A stretch of 63,993 nt of DNA, counting the filler, from Asterionella formosa (Eukaryota): the NCBI GenBank assembly GCA_002256025.1. It is 6 parts of 6 records of this genome, joined end to end, with 100 filler letters (N's around TTAATTAATTAA, not from the genome) between each part and the next. Parts side by side here need not be neighbours in the genome. Positions count along the whole stretch, not along the records: positions 32,145 to 42,739 come from NKIB01009318.1; positions 42,840 to 53,424 come from NKIB01009346.1; 4 more parts are not named here. One strand, written 5' to 3'. Positions 34,313 to 46,935 of this stretch are shown piece after piece. The notes beneath the pieces were generated by a model. The model did not search any database and was not told the origin of the DNA. It saw nothing but the letters and a program-made list of their open reading frames with translations. The translations under genes were made by a program, and so were the position numbers. Positions within the stretch are counted from its first letter, which is position 1. The number at the start of each line of letters is the position of its first letter.

Positions 34313-35694
34313 ATGCCGAGTAAAACATTAGATCTAATGAAAAATCTATTCACAGACGTTATACCAATCACTAGTCTTTTCAAGATGGGATTCCATAAGA
34401 ATTATCCGAAAGCAGTGGTCTACGGCCCAGTCTTCAAAGGGGGACTCAACATGGTCGATCTCACTATAGAGGATGGAGTGAGGGGAATCACGCACTTCCT
34501 TCATCACATGTATTCAAAAGACTCGATTGCAAAGTTGATTCACATCTCACTTCAGATAATGCAACTAGAGGCAGACAGAGGTCAAGATTTGTTCATGGAT
34601 TCCAGCATTTATATCTCATATGTGACTCCTACATGGATAACTAATCTTCGATCCTTTATGGAGCAGCACAACTTGAGGATTCGGTTAAAGGATCCGTGGA
34701 AATTGACTCTCCAATGCGAAAACGATCAATTCATCATGGAGATGTTCACAGTTAAGAAAATCAGCTCATTCAAGCTATTTCATCTCAATTGCTGTAGAAT
34801 GTATCTAAATGTGTTGACTCTTGCAGACATCACCACTGCCGATGGGCTCAGTATCCGGCAGGATATAGTAGAGTGTAGGCTTCCAAGAGATCGAAAATCA
34901 CCTCTGGTATGGCCAAATCAACCGGAGCCAACCCCACAACAGAAATCGAAATGGAAGGCGGGTCTCCTCTCATGCATGTTGAAATCAGCATCGAGGGAGC
35001 TATTGCAGCTAACAAAGCTACTACTTGGTCAATGGTTGGGCACATTTATGCAAAAGTGGAAATTCAGGTACTCAGTGAGTACTCAGCAACTCTGGGAAAA
35101 AAGAGGACATCGCTGGCTGATCCACGAAAAAGTGTCATCTCACAGAAGATTTGTTCAGTGCATGGAGGTGGGCTACTAAGCAGGTAAATCTCCCCCTCAC
35201 ACAGCTATTCCATGTGATGTAACCAGCGGGTGGAGGTTTACCTTCCATTCTCGCCGAGAACATATAAAGGAAAGGGACCCGATTCGGCTGACATTCCGTT
35301 CCCATATTCAGTTGCTACCGTAGATCTCCCAACGTCTGTTGGGTTCCCTGCATTAACCGATAGCCACCAGCGAAACCCGTTTATGCCGCCATCTCTCCCT
35401 GCGTTTACCATGTTACATTGGAGCGGATAGTTCCCTTCAACAGAGAGCAGCCTCTTTTGCATGGACTATCCACCTATGATCATAATCCTATGATGCATCA
35501 TAGGAATATGATGATTTTTATTTGCAAACGCTGCATCGGGGACATAGGAAGGTCCCTGATGAAATTTCTTTCTGTGCAAGCCCAGTTGATGGGGAAAAGG
35601 TGGGGAATAGCTCTACACGGGCAAAACGTTTTGCTATAGCATCGGTTATCACGTTTATCTCGGAGTTTATTAAGCATTTTCACATTCAAACAGA
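34313..35694 (+). mobile_element. Non-LTR retrotransposon (RNase H-bearing LINE, diatom type): post-RT region and start of RNase H, degenerate
   Basis: KMGF.KNYPKAVVYGP..GGL, TWITNLRSFM, NDQFIM, LNCCRMYLNVLTLADITTADG; RNase H-like SPVDG...SSTRA at 35530-35694. Confidence 0.75.
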
Positions 35695-38470
35695 GTCTGC
35701 AAATAAAAACTATCATATTTCCATGATGCATCATAGGATTGTGATCATCTGATCATAATATTTCGTTATATCATCTAATAATTTTCATGAATGCCTTTGT
35801 AATTTAAATAGTAAACCTTTTGACTACATATATTTAATTATTATATGAATTGTTTCTATTTGATTCCTGTATTCGAATTTCTTGGTAGGATAATGTACCA
35901 GTTCAAGTTATGTAATTTGTCTCATCATTTCCATCCGCTCATCACTCCGATTTTTGCAACAACAACGAAATACTAGCGATGACAAGCGGAATGAATGTTT
36001 GCGATAACGTCTTCAATTTGTTGGTCAAGTGATCATTATATCTTCGAGTAATCGTCATGTGCAGTGAACCTTTGTTCATAATCATTCAATTAAGAGTTTA
36101 CAGGAGAGAAGAAACCATTCGAACTCGTAATGTTTCCGCACACAGTGCACAAAGTATATCCGTTTCGTTCACTTCAGCATGACAATCTCGCCAATCAACC
36201 CGTAAACAAACACATTCTACTTGTTCTCATTGACATTTTCAATTCTCACATGATACTACATCTACTATTGAGATTCAGCATAGAAGGAGATATGAAAATG
36301 TGCGTAACAGACAACTGTCCACATAGCTATAGTTATAGAATGATTCTGATTAGAATTTCATTTTCATATCGCTCGCTCGTTTCTGCATTTGGTATACTGT
36401 ACTTGAATTAACTATTGAACTTGTCCGCATCTTTGAGACCATCAAGCAAGAGAGCGAAAGCAAGTGGCTCTTTTCATTGTTGTTTGCTCGTAGGAAGAAT
36501 TTGATATCTGTATCGTCATTTGCTTGTTGGAATGGTCCGTTGCCTCAAACTTGCTTGGCGTGTGCGTGCACACACTGTCGACTGGTTTTCAATGGTATGT
36601 TGTTCTTGTATTCACTGTTGAGCTTGTCCGCATCTTTGTTACCATCAATAGAGCGACAATAGGGTCTCTTCATTGTTGTTTGCTCCTGGAAAGTCGGTGT
36701 CCGTGTCATCCTCATCAACAGAGAGACAAGTTCTTTTTATCATTGCGGTTTGCCGCTGGAAAATGTGGTACTCCTAGTATCGTCATTCGCTTGTTGGAAC
36801 CACTGTCCTTTGCCTCAAACCTGATTAGCATGTTCAAACCTGATTAGCATGTGTTTATGTGCACTGTCGACTTGTGTACATTACAGGCGGAGTGACTTAG
36901 CTACTAAATTGCGTGATATAATAATATAACCCGTAGCACGATGCAGAATACAGTTCCCAATATCATCTCATCATGATTGATAAGATGATAATGTGATATC
37001 ATGATAGGGTTAGCTATATCGATGCATACATCACCAAAGTATGATGCGTAATATTGAATAAAGTACATCACATAGCTATGATACATTGATCACATTGATC
37101 ATAAAACTATGATGATTTTATAAAATATTTATGATAGAATTTTGATCAAAATATGATTATGTTAAAATATTGCAATGACAATTTTTATTACTATATTCAT
37201 GGCATATATATTTTTGAAATCGTTCTGTCATGTTAACAAACAATGCCTGCTGCTTCATGAAAAGATACATTGTAGTAAAGCACATGACAAGAAAAGAAAG
37301 TTTACGCAATACATAACGAAAAACATTGTGGCTTCGACACATTGCGCATTAGAAGGATGGATGATGTTTAAGGTAATGAAGCCATCAATGTGGTACTTGG
37401 ATGACAATCGTTGGGAGGCAGGCAGGACAACAACAAATTGTCAACTAAACGCACATTTCCTTTTTTCTCAGTTGATTCAACAGCTCGTTTCGCTTGTTGG
37501 GGAGCACCAATGTAAAACAAAACCAAATTGCGTAAGTGCTGTTGTCGCTCGTTGGACCTATTCACTTCTGTTGGAACAAAACTGACAAAACGTTTACCTT
37601 CTCTCAAAGTTAAGTTGACAAAAATGAACCGGTAAGTTTTATTCGACAACATTGGATCCCCGAAACTTACTTATTCAAGAATTTGGCTTACTGACAGGTT
37701 ACTATTACAGACTTATGCATCAGTTGCATTGATTTGTGGTAAGTGAAGCAAGAGGATACGATGGAATTGCGTGTTCTTGTGTCAATGTAACATGACTAGC
37801 TAACAAATCATCCTTCTCATTGTAACTGTAACTGCATGCATAGGACAATAAAACCAATCAAACAACGGAATAGTCGGCGAGTTCAGAGTGACACTAACAG
37901 CAGGAAAAGAGTCGCAACCATTAGTTGGCACTGCCTCACTCATGATTCAGAATAGAGGAAGGAAAGCGCGAGACAGGAACAATATACATTGAGCCAAGTA
38001 GAGAGAGACGTCTGGTCGCTGGCCTGTTAAATCATAGAAAGCAATGCTAAATTTGATAGTTAAATTACGATCCATTTCAATCTATTTTAAACAATGCTTT
38101 TGATTTCTTTTATGATCATGTTTAAGATAGATATACGATGAAACAATTCAAAAGATAGCATATAGTTTAGCTGATTTTAGGATATGTTGTAGTTATAATT
38201 TACATCGGGCAATCACGAGAAGTGAAAATAACATGAGAAGGTTTATGATATTGATGGGAAATGTTGTTGATCAGCGTATATACATTGTGTGATGATAATG
38301 TTCTTATTATCATAATACTTCAAGGTCGGTAAAATATTAATAAATCATCATAGTTACAAGATACCTTGATCATATTTTTGATCCAAAAATTATCATATAT
38401 ACGAAAATCCTGTGCCACTTAGCGTACGATACCCTTGATCCTATATGCATGATACTTTTTATTTGCAGAC
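35695..38470. mobile_element. ~2.8 kb non-autonomous TIR DNA element inserted into the LINE RNase H region
   Basis: TIRs GTCTGCAAATAAAAA(C/G)TATCAT at 35695 and inverted ending 38470; GA dinucleotide on both flanks; AT-rich interior with internal direct repeats (~36415-36870). Confidence 0.75.
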
Positions 38471-39760
38471 GAGGAAGTAAGCTGACTATCTGGACTTGGC
38501 CATATGGGGAAACTCTCTCAGGCCCTGGCACCGGCGGAAAGACCCCCTAACAATGCAGATATAGTGTTGCGCTTGGCTCAATCAATCCACCAACTACCCA
38601 TTTCCACAAAAATTGCATGGGTTCGTTCACATCAAGACAGAAATCCTCGGAATACATGGACAAAAGGTGCAAAGCTTAATATCCTCGCCAACGAGCTTGC
38701 TGACGCTTACTTGAGTAACAATCCTCAAGGAACTTTGGGCCATCCGGAGTCCAACAGTTCTCACTTTCCAACAATGCAAGCTAGCCTCTTGCTGGGCACC
38801 ACACGAATTCATAGCGCCACCTCTAGTTGGATGCCGATCAGTATCCAAAACTACAGGGAATTCTTCATACAGAAACACAGGATTCGTTTCCATCAAACTA
38901 TAAGTACTATATTAATTGGGAGGAGTTTTCTACGGCATTCAGGAAGCAGAAAGGAAAGGGAGCTATGAATGTCCACATTGCAAGGAATACGAGACCACGG
39001 AGAATGTGCTCACCTGCAAATGGCCAAAAATTTGATACAATCGAGATCTCCGCTTATCGCTGCTTGCCTCTCAACTCAGACAAAGAATGCATGCCGGGCG
39101 TCACAATACTCACATTTTTGTTGCCTACATCACTCATCTTTTGCATACACCAATGGACGAGTTTCCAGAACAGTTTTTCCGGCACAAATTCATCAGAAAA
39201 AGCTATTATCAAGGAGGCAAATCAGCAGCAACGCTAGATTGGCCGTGTTCTCACCCTGAGGGGTTATGTATCTGCTAGATTGGGGTCTGCTATAATGGCA
39301 GCATCTGGGGAACACCACCTCCTGACCGCTCACAATTGGACTTCAGAGGCAATTATACAGCTCTGGTCAATGGCAACAAAGGCATGGGACGAGAGGAAGC
39401 AACGAGGTTCTACACAATTCCCTCATCACAAGAACATTTTCCCAATTGGATAGTGACGCCCACATCAGATATTTTTATGCAAATCAACATGAAATTTGTG
39501 TGAGAGATGCTCACTTATTTAAGTATCCACTGATTGATATTCTGAAATCACGCCTGGTCATGAAATGTAGGTTTCTTGAAAAGGCAGAGTTTCTGTTCAA
39601 AGAATCCTCAGAGTTGGCCAAGACAGGCCAGCAATCTATCCACAAATTGTTTACATGAATCCCAGCACCAAATGCACCACCAAGAGAGTCTGCAGGAGCC
39701 CTGAACCTAGCCCGGCCTCCGGCAACTCAAACCAAGTTATCCACTTTCTTTTCAGGTCTG
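38471..39760 (+). mobile_element. Continuation of the LINE: RNase H C-terminal half and downstream region, degenerate
   Basis: KLTIWT just after the TIR; IAWVRSHQD...LNILANELA; INWEEFSTAF; CPHCKEYET..NVLTC; frameshifts and stops. Confidence 0.75.
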
Positions 39761-40259
39761 TAAGACAAGGGAAAGACTGATCAACATTAAGCACCACTGG
39801 CAGCAACAAGCAGCGCCCTTCGTCACCACATCTGTTGGGTTGATTCTTACTTCGGAATCTAGGCTGGCAACGCCATGAAGCGCCACGCGAGCTGCACTAT
39901 TCATAGTTGTGTAGTTTTAAGGCGCTTAAGGTTGCGGCCCCGGCTTAACCCTAGTTTGGAGAAAATATCGCTAGGGTTGTAAAAACGGCGTGGAACAGGG
40001 AGTTTCCTACTATGAATTCCCATGATTCGAGTGTCCATTTGAATATTTGAATTGAATAGGAATCGGCGCCAGACTGATAGAGTTCCATTTTAAACAAACA
40101 AAAATGATATTTAAACGTTGATACTATAGCAACCTTGATGAATGTAGACATGTTCTGCTCAACGCCAAAACACATATATGAATCAGGAGTACGCCAGCAT
40201 GTATGTATGCTCATGGTTCGTGTTATACGTTGTCCACCAACAATTGCTGCTCAAAAAAA

Positions 40260-40331
40260 TTGCGGGAGTCGAACCTCACAACCTCAGATCAAAGTCAACG
40301 TGCTCAACCAACTACCGTAAGCCATTCCTTC
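40260..40331 (-). mobile_element. Isolated tRNA-like head of the SINE family
   Basis: Matches ~20356-20421, with a TACCGTA insertion in the A box. Confidence 0.8.
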
Positions 40332-40842
40332 AAATGGATAAATAACTATATATGCTAACGATAATAATAGCTTCTGTTAGGCTAGTAGCTGTAGTTAGAA
40401 TAGTGGCTTCCATTGAAAGAGCAGCTCTTTGCCATTCCTCCGTTGAAACCATCCAGGTCATCTCAAAAGAGGGGTCTAAAAATCGTGTACGTCAAAACAT
40501 TGTTTACTTTAGAGAAAGACGAACAAGCTACTAGCTACATTTTTATTTTTTCTAAGTATCATTTTTACTACACACTTCAAGTAGGTTCTAGAGCAATATT
40601 CGAGTTTGTACATGTCAAGTGCTCCATGTGATGTTGCCAAATATTGCAACCAAGATTGGCGACACAATCGCTTCTTTTGGTACCAAAATGTTATGCTGAA
40701 CTTACAGGGAAATGGATAGAGTACATCATGTTGACTATACCCAATCGAGTCCCAGAAGCGGCCGCTCAGCTGTTTGTAGACCGGGTACCTGGTACCGACG
40801 CATATACACATAAAATGTTTACCGGTCGTGCACGGTATAAGA

Positions 40843-41248
40843 TGTCAAGAATATTAGCCCAAGTCACAAGGATTGTGGACTCGATTGTAATCGAACGAGT
40901 CGAATGTTGCATTGCCACGTCAATCAGCTGCCTAACGAGATCAAAGATTGAAGATTTCTATGGAAATGTTAAGTGGAAACTCGAAGAGAGTCTGAGAACG
41001 ACTTTGCAGAAAGCAAAGATGCATGGAAAGGAAACATTTAGTTTAGCTTATAATTTAATTTGAGTTTTAGATTATCAACCGAGGAAACAGTGTGTTAATT
41101 GACAGGAAGGTCAATTAGTCTATCTAGCAGGAAGGCTAGAAGCAGAGACAAGAGAGAAAGTAAGTGGTACTAGGTAGTACTGCGATCACGTAAGAGTCTA
41201 CGTGAAGAGAGACCCAGCCCGCGGGAAGGAGTACGGACCATTTCAACA
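40843..41248 (+). repeat. 5' LTR (406 bp), TGTCAAGAATAT...TTTCAACA
   Basis: Same termini and internal blocks as the LTR at 11464-11842. Confidence 0.8.
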
Positions 41249-41290
41249 CGCTTTAAAGCGGATAGGTTTGAAAGGGTGGTACTACTCAAG

Positions 41291-42739
41291 ATGGGAATTG
41301 ACGACGACTCGTCAGGAGTGCGGTTGCCAACATTTGATGGTACTGATGCCAAGTGGCATGTTTGGAAAGCAAAGTTTGTGGCCTACCGGTATGCCTGCTA
41401 CAAAGGTTTTGAAGGAATCCTAAATGGAGACGAAGTATCACCAGGGGAGAGAGATTCAGCTGGAGTGAAGATTGTTCCGAGTGACAACGATGAGAAGCGT
41501 GCGAAACGAAATAATACGGTTGCCTTTGCAAGTTTGATTATGGCATGTCAGAGTGGACCATTTGGATAAGTAAATGGTGCCAGAAGTGAAGAGTTTCCCA
41601 ATGGAAATGCGAAGGAAGCGTGGGACAAGTTAGTGTCTACATACAAGTCAAGTAGGCCTAATATGGCAAATGTGATTGCATTGTCAGGTCAATGGACAAA
41701 ATGCACGATTAACGAGAGTGAGAACCCCGACATTTGGTTTGTGGAGTTGGACAGAATTCGAGAACGATTGAGCTGTACAAGCTCCGCAATTTCGGATGGT
41801 GCCTATGTGGCCCATGTTATCAATAACCTACCGGAAGTCTACAAGAGTTTGGTGGTTGGAAAATTTGGTCTCGCAAGCTCCGAGCTCACGATCCAAGAGG
41901 TCAAGTAGAATGTACGCAACTATTACGATTTGTATGTGCGTGAGGAAACCAAGAGGAATAAGAATGGCGAGCAGGCCTTCCTTTCAAAAAGCAAGTTTAA
42001 GGGAGACTGCAGGAAGTGTGGCAAGTATGACCACAAGGCAGTTGATTGCCGAAGCAAGGGCAATACTACAGGAAAGAGAGAATTAACTCCCGAGCAACGA
42101 AATAAGAGAAAGAATGTGAAGTGTTATAATTGCCAGAAGATGGGGCACTATGCCAGTGAGTGCAACAATCAACAAAATGCACCAATCAAACAGAAGGGAG
42201 AAGACGCCAACACCACTACGCAAGGAATGTTCGTGGTGACGTGTATTGAGGCAAGGTACAACGAAGAGGTAAATCATACGTGCGTGCATAAGGACCCTTG
42301 GCTACTAGATAGTGGCGCTACGGTACATATATGCAATGATGAGCGCATCATGGAGGACAAGCGCGCAGTGCGTGAAACTGTTGTTGTGGGAAACGGCGCA
42401 GCAATTGTTGCGACCGTATCAGGCACGGTGACCCTTACGACGACAGACAAAGGAAAAGTGTTGAAACTCACCAATGTGCTCTATGCACCGGAGTTCAAGC
42501 AGAACATTATCAGCATTTCGAGAGTTATTGACAAGGAAAATAAAGTTATGTTTGACGATGATAAGATGACGATCAGAAACAACAACGGATTTTTGATCTG
42601 CAAACGTGATAAAACGAGGACAATTGGTGCAATGTACCATGTGCAAGGAACGCCTATTCTAAAGGAAACGGTGTTGGAGGTTGAACAAGAAAGCGAGAAG
42701 CCAACACAACAATCTATCGACTATGATACTAAAGAAGAC
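41291..42739 (+). pseudogene. Copia gag-pol with two in-frame stops (TAA 41567, TAG 41906)
   Basis: ORFs 41276, 41633 and 41930 are one frame; CRKCGKYDHKAVDC, CYNCQKMGHYASEC, DSGA. Confidence 0.88.
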
Positions 42740-42839
42740 NNNNNNNNNNNNNNNNNNNNNNNNNNNNNNNNNNNNNNNNNNNNTTAATTAATTAANNNNN
42801 NNNNNNNNNNNNNNNNNNNNNNNNNNNNNNNNNNNNNNN
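42740..42839. other. Artificial contig linker
   Basis: N44-TTAATTAATTAA-N44. Confidence 0.97.
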
Positions 42840-43257
42840 ACGTGCTATAATTCTTTTTGTCCTCGTAGGCACTAGTATGTAATAATTTAGCTACCATTTT
42901 GCGATTCTTTTGTACATACAAAACACAAGAGACGACAGATAGTGGCTGTGAGCAGCTGGAGAATCCTTCATGATGTTATCGCAACCTTGACCATGACGAA
43001 AATACGAATTATCTCCACGAAAATAGAGAACGACGCTTTGCTACTTGCTACCTGTATTAAGAATAACATGGAAAATACAATCGTAAAAGAAGTAAAGTAA
43101 TAACACTAATAATGACAACGAAAATTGAGATCGCCGATAACAACATGAAGTCGCGTTTTTCTTGCGAGGTGAAGAACTCTCTCATTTTTCACAAGACGGA
43201 AATAATTGTCATATTAATACATCTTAGAAAAATGTGCGCTATCCTGTAGAACTAAAG

Positions 43258-43379
43258 AAATTTACTTAGGTCCATTATAAGGGAAATCTCTTCATTGTCC
43301 TGGGCCCCCCTTAAGTAAAATCAGTCAAATTCAGTCACGGCAGTGTACATTGGGGGGTCCAGGACAATGAAGTATACGG
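43258..43379. mobile_element. Terminus of a Tc2/pogo-like DNA transposon (...ATACGG|TA); body probably extends to the contig start
   Basis: Reverse complement of 53300-53420; similarity ends at the flanking TA; internal 21-bp inverted repeat CTTCATTGTCCTGG(A/G)CCCCCC. Confidence 0.7.
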
Positions 43380-44063
43380 TACTTATATTGTTACTCTACC
43401 AGGTACCGCACAGTACGTTTGGACATGAACGATTGGTTAATCGTGAATTCTTTTGACTTCCATATCTGCATGTTACGTCATTATCAATCGCCAGGGTTCC
43501 GATAACTGCGATGCCTGGCACCCATCGTAGTCTCTACAAGGCAACCCATAAGAAGTCATTATGCATCGACTGCTTGTTTTCTCTAGATGTCATTTTTTAT
43601 TCACAGTGCTAGTACTGCACTGTACACAGGGATTTCGGACATGCTACCTGGTACGCAATATGTCAACTGGTAAGCAGGCAGGTATGCATAAATGATAGCA
43701 ATCCGTTCGGTCAAGAAGCAAGGATCATACCGTAGTTACCCGTCGAACCTGCATGTATGTGTAATCCGTTAGGGCAAGTACATAAATTCATACATGAATA
43801 AATGCACGGTTCATTACCTTGTGCACCTCGGCCGCTCTGCTTTCCTTGATCACGCACAGCATCTTGCTCCTGCATGTCATGCCGCCCAGTAACCCTAGTA
43901 CAAACAACCCCAGCTTGAAAAAGCAAGGAAATCGATTAAAAAAATATAGAGAGTAAAAATAAAAAATAAAAAATAAAAAATAAACGATTCCCTTCCTCAA
44001 ATGCATCAGGTCCATTCTTAACAATCTGATACCACTAGCTACTCTTACTAAAGACGAGACAAC

Positions 44064-46538
44064 ATGATTGATTATCCAATCGTTGACGATGCTGCAATGG
44101 AGACACTCGCAATGAATGTGGAAGCAACAAATTGCAATCATCATCGTCATCGTCGTTACTCAGAATCAGAACTTTCTGTTTCAACGACTCTCAGTCTCAG
44201 TTTAACCATGACACAGCTGTCAAACCAAACAAGCAGTTCCTCTTCTTCTGGGGATGAGAATCTTTCGAATGGGGAAAATCTCGTTGGTGCAGGGATGAGC
44301 ATTTGTTTTGACGATGAAGAAGTAGAAGAAGGAGGCGCTACTATTCAAGCTGCAAACAACCATGATGATGATGATGACGAAGAAGCGCAACATCAGCACT
44401 ACACTCGCAGTAGTAGTCATAGGACAGTATCACTCAAAGGTGGGAAGGATGAATCAAAAGGAACCTTTGAACACTACGTGGAATATGAAGAACAAATCGA
44501 CCAAAATCAAGCACGACGTAATAGTAGTAAAAACAAGTACGAATGGTCAGCAGCGAAGGCAAGCCTACAAATGGATGTTGTGCATCAGGAAAAACTGGTG
44601 AATTCTTTGAAGCGAGAGAATTCGACATTAATCTTTGCCGAGAATAACACCATACCGAGGGCCATGGAACCAGAACAAAAATTCGAAGGATCCAGAAGTG
44701 CTGTTTCCATATGGGATGACTCTCTCATGGCAGCTCCTCCCCCTCCTCTCCATCGAGGACGAGAAATTTCTGAAATGTCGACTCCTGGCGCTATTGCCGT
44801 TCCTGGATTCCTTGGCCAGGATAACGTCGCGAATGACGACACCACTGTCACTGTCCATCCTGACGAGGATGGCGAACTAGGAGGCCTTCCGACATATCAC
44901 GCAACTCTAGTCCACGATGAAGAAGTTGTCCTTGCCATTAGTGCCATGGATATAACTGAACAAGAATCAAAGTCTAAACGTCGTCAAAGGATTACATGTA
45001 TCGGAGGAGTAACAATAATTGCAATTCTTGTGACTATAATTGTCGCAGTGATGCTTAACCAGGGACAGGATCAGCCACAGTCACACTCACCATCATCTTC
45101 ACCTTCTTCAGGGCCAACCAACATGCTTGTTGGCTTGAATGAAATTGTAGCTCTGGATGGGGGTTTTCCTGCAGAAACGACTGCGCAATACGAAGCATTG
45201 CAATGGTTGTCGGACAATTCAAATTCAGCGGAATACTCAAAGGAAGAGTTGCGCCAGAGATATTCCCTGGCAACACTGCTATACTCCAATCTGAAATACA
45301 CGAACCAAGCTCCTGATTCCTTATCGAATAAATCTCACTGCACATGGTCCGGAATTGAATGTAGAAACGAAAAGGGAGCAGGCAACATGCAAGTGATTGG
45401 GATCCATGGAACACTGTTGAAACCCACAACGGATTCGGTTCTTACGATTCCACCAGAGCTTGCTCTTCTTTCCAACTCACTGCAATATTTAAAATTTCCA
45501 AATACGACTTTGGAGGGAACATTTCCAAGTGAGTTGGGACGTTTGACAGAATTAAAGCTGCTGGAATTTTCAGCTAATTCTGAACCCACTAAAGGACAGT
45601 TGTTTTCCGAAATTGGTCACTTGCATCAACTTGAGCACTTGTCGCTTCCCAAATGTGGCCTCACTGGAGTATTGCCAACAGAGATTGGACTAATGAAAAA
45701 CCTTGTGTTTCTGGATTTGAGTGGCAACAACTTTGCATCAACCATGCCCACACAGATTGGACTACTGACTCAATTGGAACACTTTAATTTACGAGATAAT
45801 CAATTCTACAACGATTTTCCCCCGCATGTGGGGTTTCTCAAGAATCTGACCTATTTCGATATTTCTAATAACCGGATCGCATCTAGAGATTCCAATGGTT
45901 ATCTACCTTTGGAGCTTACTAATCTCACGAAACTCCAATTTCTCGATGTTTCTGGGAATGGTGTTCACGGATTCCAAAATGTTTTTTTCTGTTTCATGGA
46001 TAGTGCCCTATGTGACCTGAAAATGTCATACCCACTGCCAAGCTTTCCACTCCCATCCAACCTTGGACAACTCACTTCACTTACATGGCTTGATCTAAGT
46101 TCCAATGATATTCATGGTGCATTCCCTGCTAGTGCGATTAGATACCTTACAAATTTGGAGCGATTCGACATTCATACTAACAATTTCGCTGGGGGTGTTC
46201 CTTCAGAGTTGGGGTTGCTCACCAAGCTCACTTATGCTGACTTGAACGAAAATTATTTTACGGGTCCACCTCCGGAGGACTTGTCCAAACTCAATCATTT
46301 GAACTTTTTAAATCTTCAATCGAATTACATAAGAGGAGTGATCAATTGCAGCATGTATTCCATTTCCACCATTTGGGTTGACTGTGAATTACTCGATTGC
46401 AGTGGTGATTGCAAGTGCGTCAACAAAAATATGGATTTGGTAGCAGCAACGCTAATTCAATGTCCTGCGGCGGGCTCGAATTTGACCAATGTAACTACAA
46501 TTCACTCCAAACTCGCTCAGAGAACCCTCACTATATAG
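44064..46538 (+). CDS. Single-pass (type II-like) LRR receptor-like protein, diatom family
   Basis: Disordered N-terminus with PGAIAVPG, TM helix, cap QYEALQWL...QRYSLATL...CTWSGIEC, plant-type LRRs (LPTEIGL, LDLSGNNF); no kinase domain. Confidence 0.88.
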   Translation: MIDYPIVDDAAMETLAMNVEATNCNHHRHRRYSESELSVSTTLSLSLTMTQLSNQTSSSSSSGDENLSNGENLVGAGMSICFDDEEVEEGGATIQAANNHDDDDDEEAQHQHYTRSSSHRTVSLKGGKDESKGTFEHYVEYEEQIDQNQARRNSSKNKYEWSAAKASLQMDVVHQEKLVNSLKRENSTLIFAENNTIPRAMEPEQKFEGSRSAVSIWDDSLMAAPPPPLHRGREISEMSTPGAIAVPGFLGQDNVANDDTTVTVHPDEDGELGGLPTYHATLVHDEEVVLAISAMDITEQESKSKRRQRITCIGGVTIIAILVTIIVAVMLNQGQDQPQSHSPSSSPSSGPTNMLVGLNEIVALDGGFPAETTAQYEALQWLSDNSNSAEYSKEELRQRYSLATLLYSNLKYTNQAPDSLSNKSHCTWSGIECRNEKGAGNMQVIGIHGTLLKPTTDSVLTIPPELALLSNSLQYLKFPNTTLEGTFPSELGRLTELKLLEFSANSEPTKGQLFSEIGHLHQLEHLSLPKCGLTGVLPTEIGLMKNLVFLDLSGNNFASTMPTQIGLLTQLEHFNLRDNQFYNDFPPHVGFLKNLTYFDISNNRIASRDSNGYLPLELTNLTKLQFLDVSGNGVHGFQNVFFCFMDSALCDLKMSYPLPSFPLPSNLGQLTSLTWLDLSSNDIHGAFPASAIRYLTNLERFDIHTNNFAGGVPSELGLLTKLTYADLNENYFTGPPPEDLSKLNHLNFLNLQSNYIRGVINCSMYSISTIWVDCELLDCSGDCKCVNKNMDLVAATLIQCPAAGSNLTNVTTIHSKLAQRTLTI

Positions 46539-46935
46539 ACAATTTCCAGAAAGCCTCATGGCCGTACAGAATGGAATGTATGCATACATTCAGTTTTGGT
46601 CCTGCATGCTATTGTGTGTGTATGGAGTTGATGCAATATCAAACCTGGAAATATGATGCAAACTCTGAGAAGTGTAATAGTTGTCAATGTCACTTGATGT
46701 GTGGAACACGTGGTTCCAACCAATGCTGGAGTGTCCTGAAAACCCAATCTGTGTTGAACGTAATAGTCATGAAACGAATTGAGAAATTATTTAAAGTATG
46801 CTGTAAACTTATACATGGCATATTAGCAACCCCTCTTTTGTTTGAGAAAAATGCAAAAGCTTTCAACAGTTGAATTGAAAGAAAGTCTCATTTTTAAAAA
46901 AGTCTCGTTTTATAAAGCCCGCAGAACTCTTGTGG

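Larger units (their letters stand above)
40843..42739 (+). mobile_element. Ty1/Copia LTR retrotransposon, 5' portion (LTR, gag, protease), cut by contig end
   Basis: LTR 40843-41248; gag about two-thirds identical by eye to 10727-11419; two CCHC knuckles; Copia protease WLLDSGATVHI. Confidence 0.92.

Noticed and set aside
41567..41908. Programmed stop readthrough or alternative genetic code in Copia gag
   Set aside because: The homologous element has sense codons there, and host genes end normally in TAA/TAG; simple nonsense decay is sufficient
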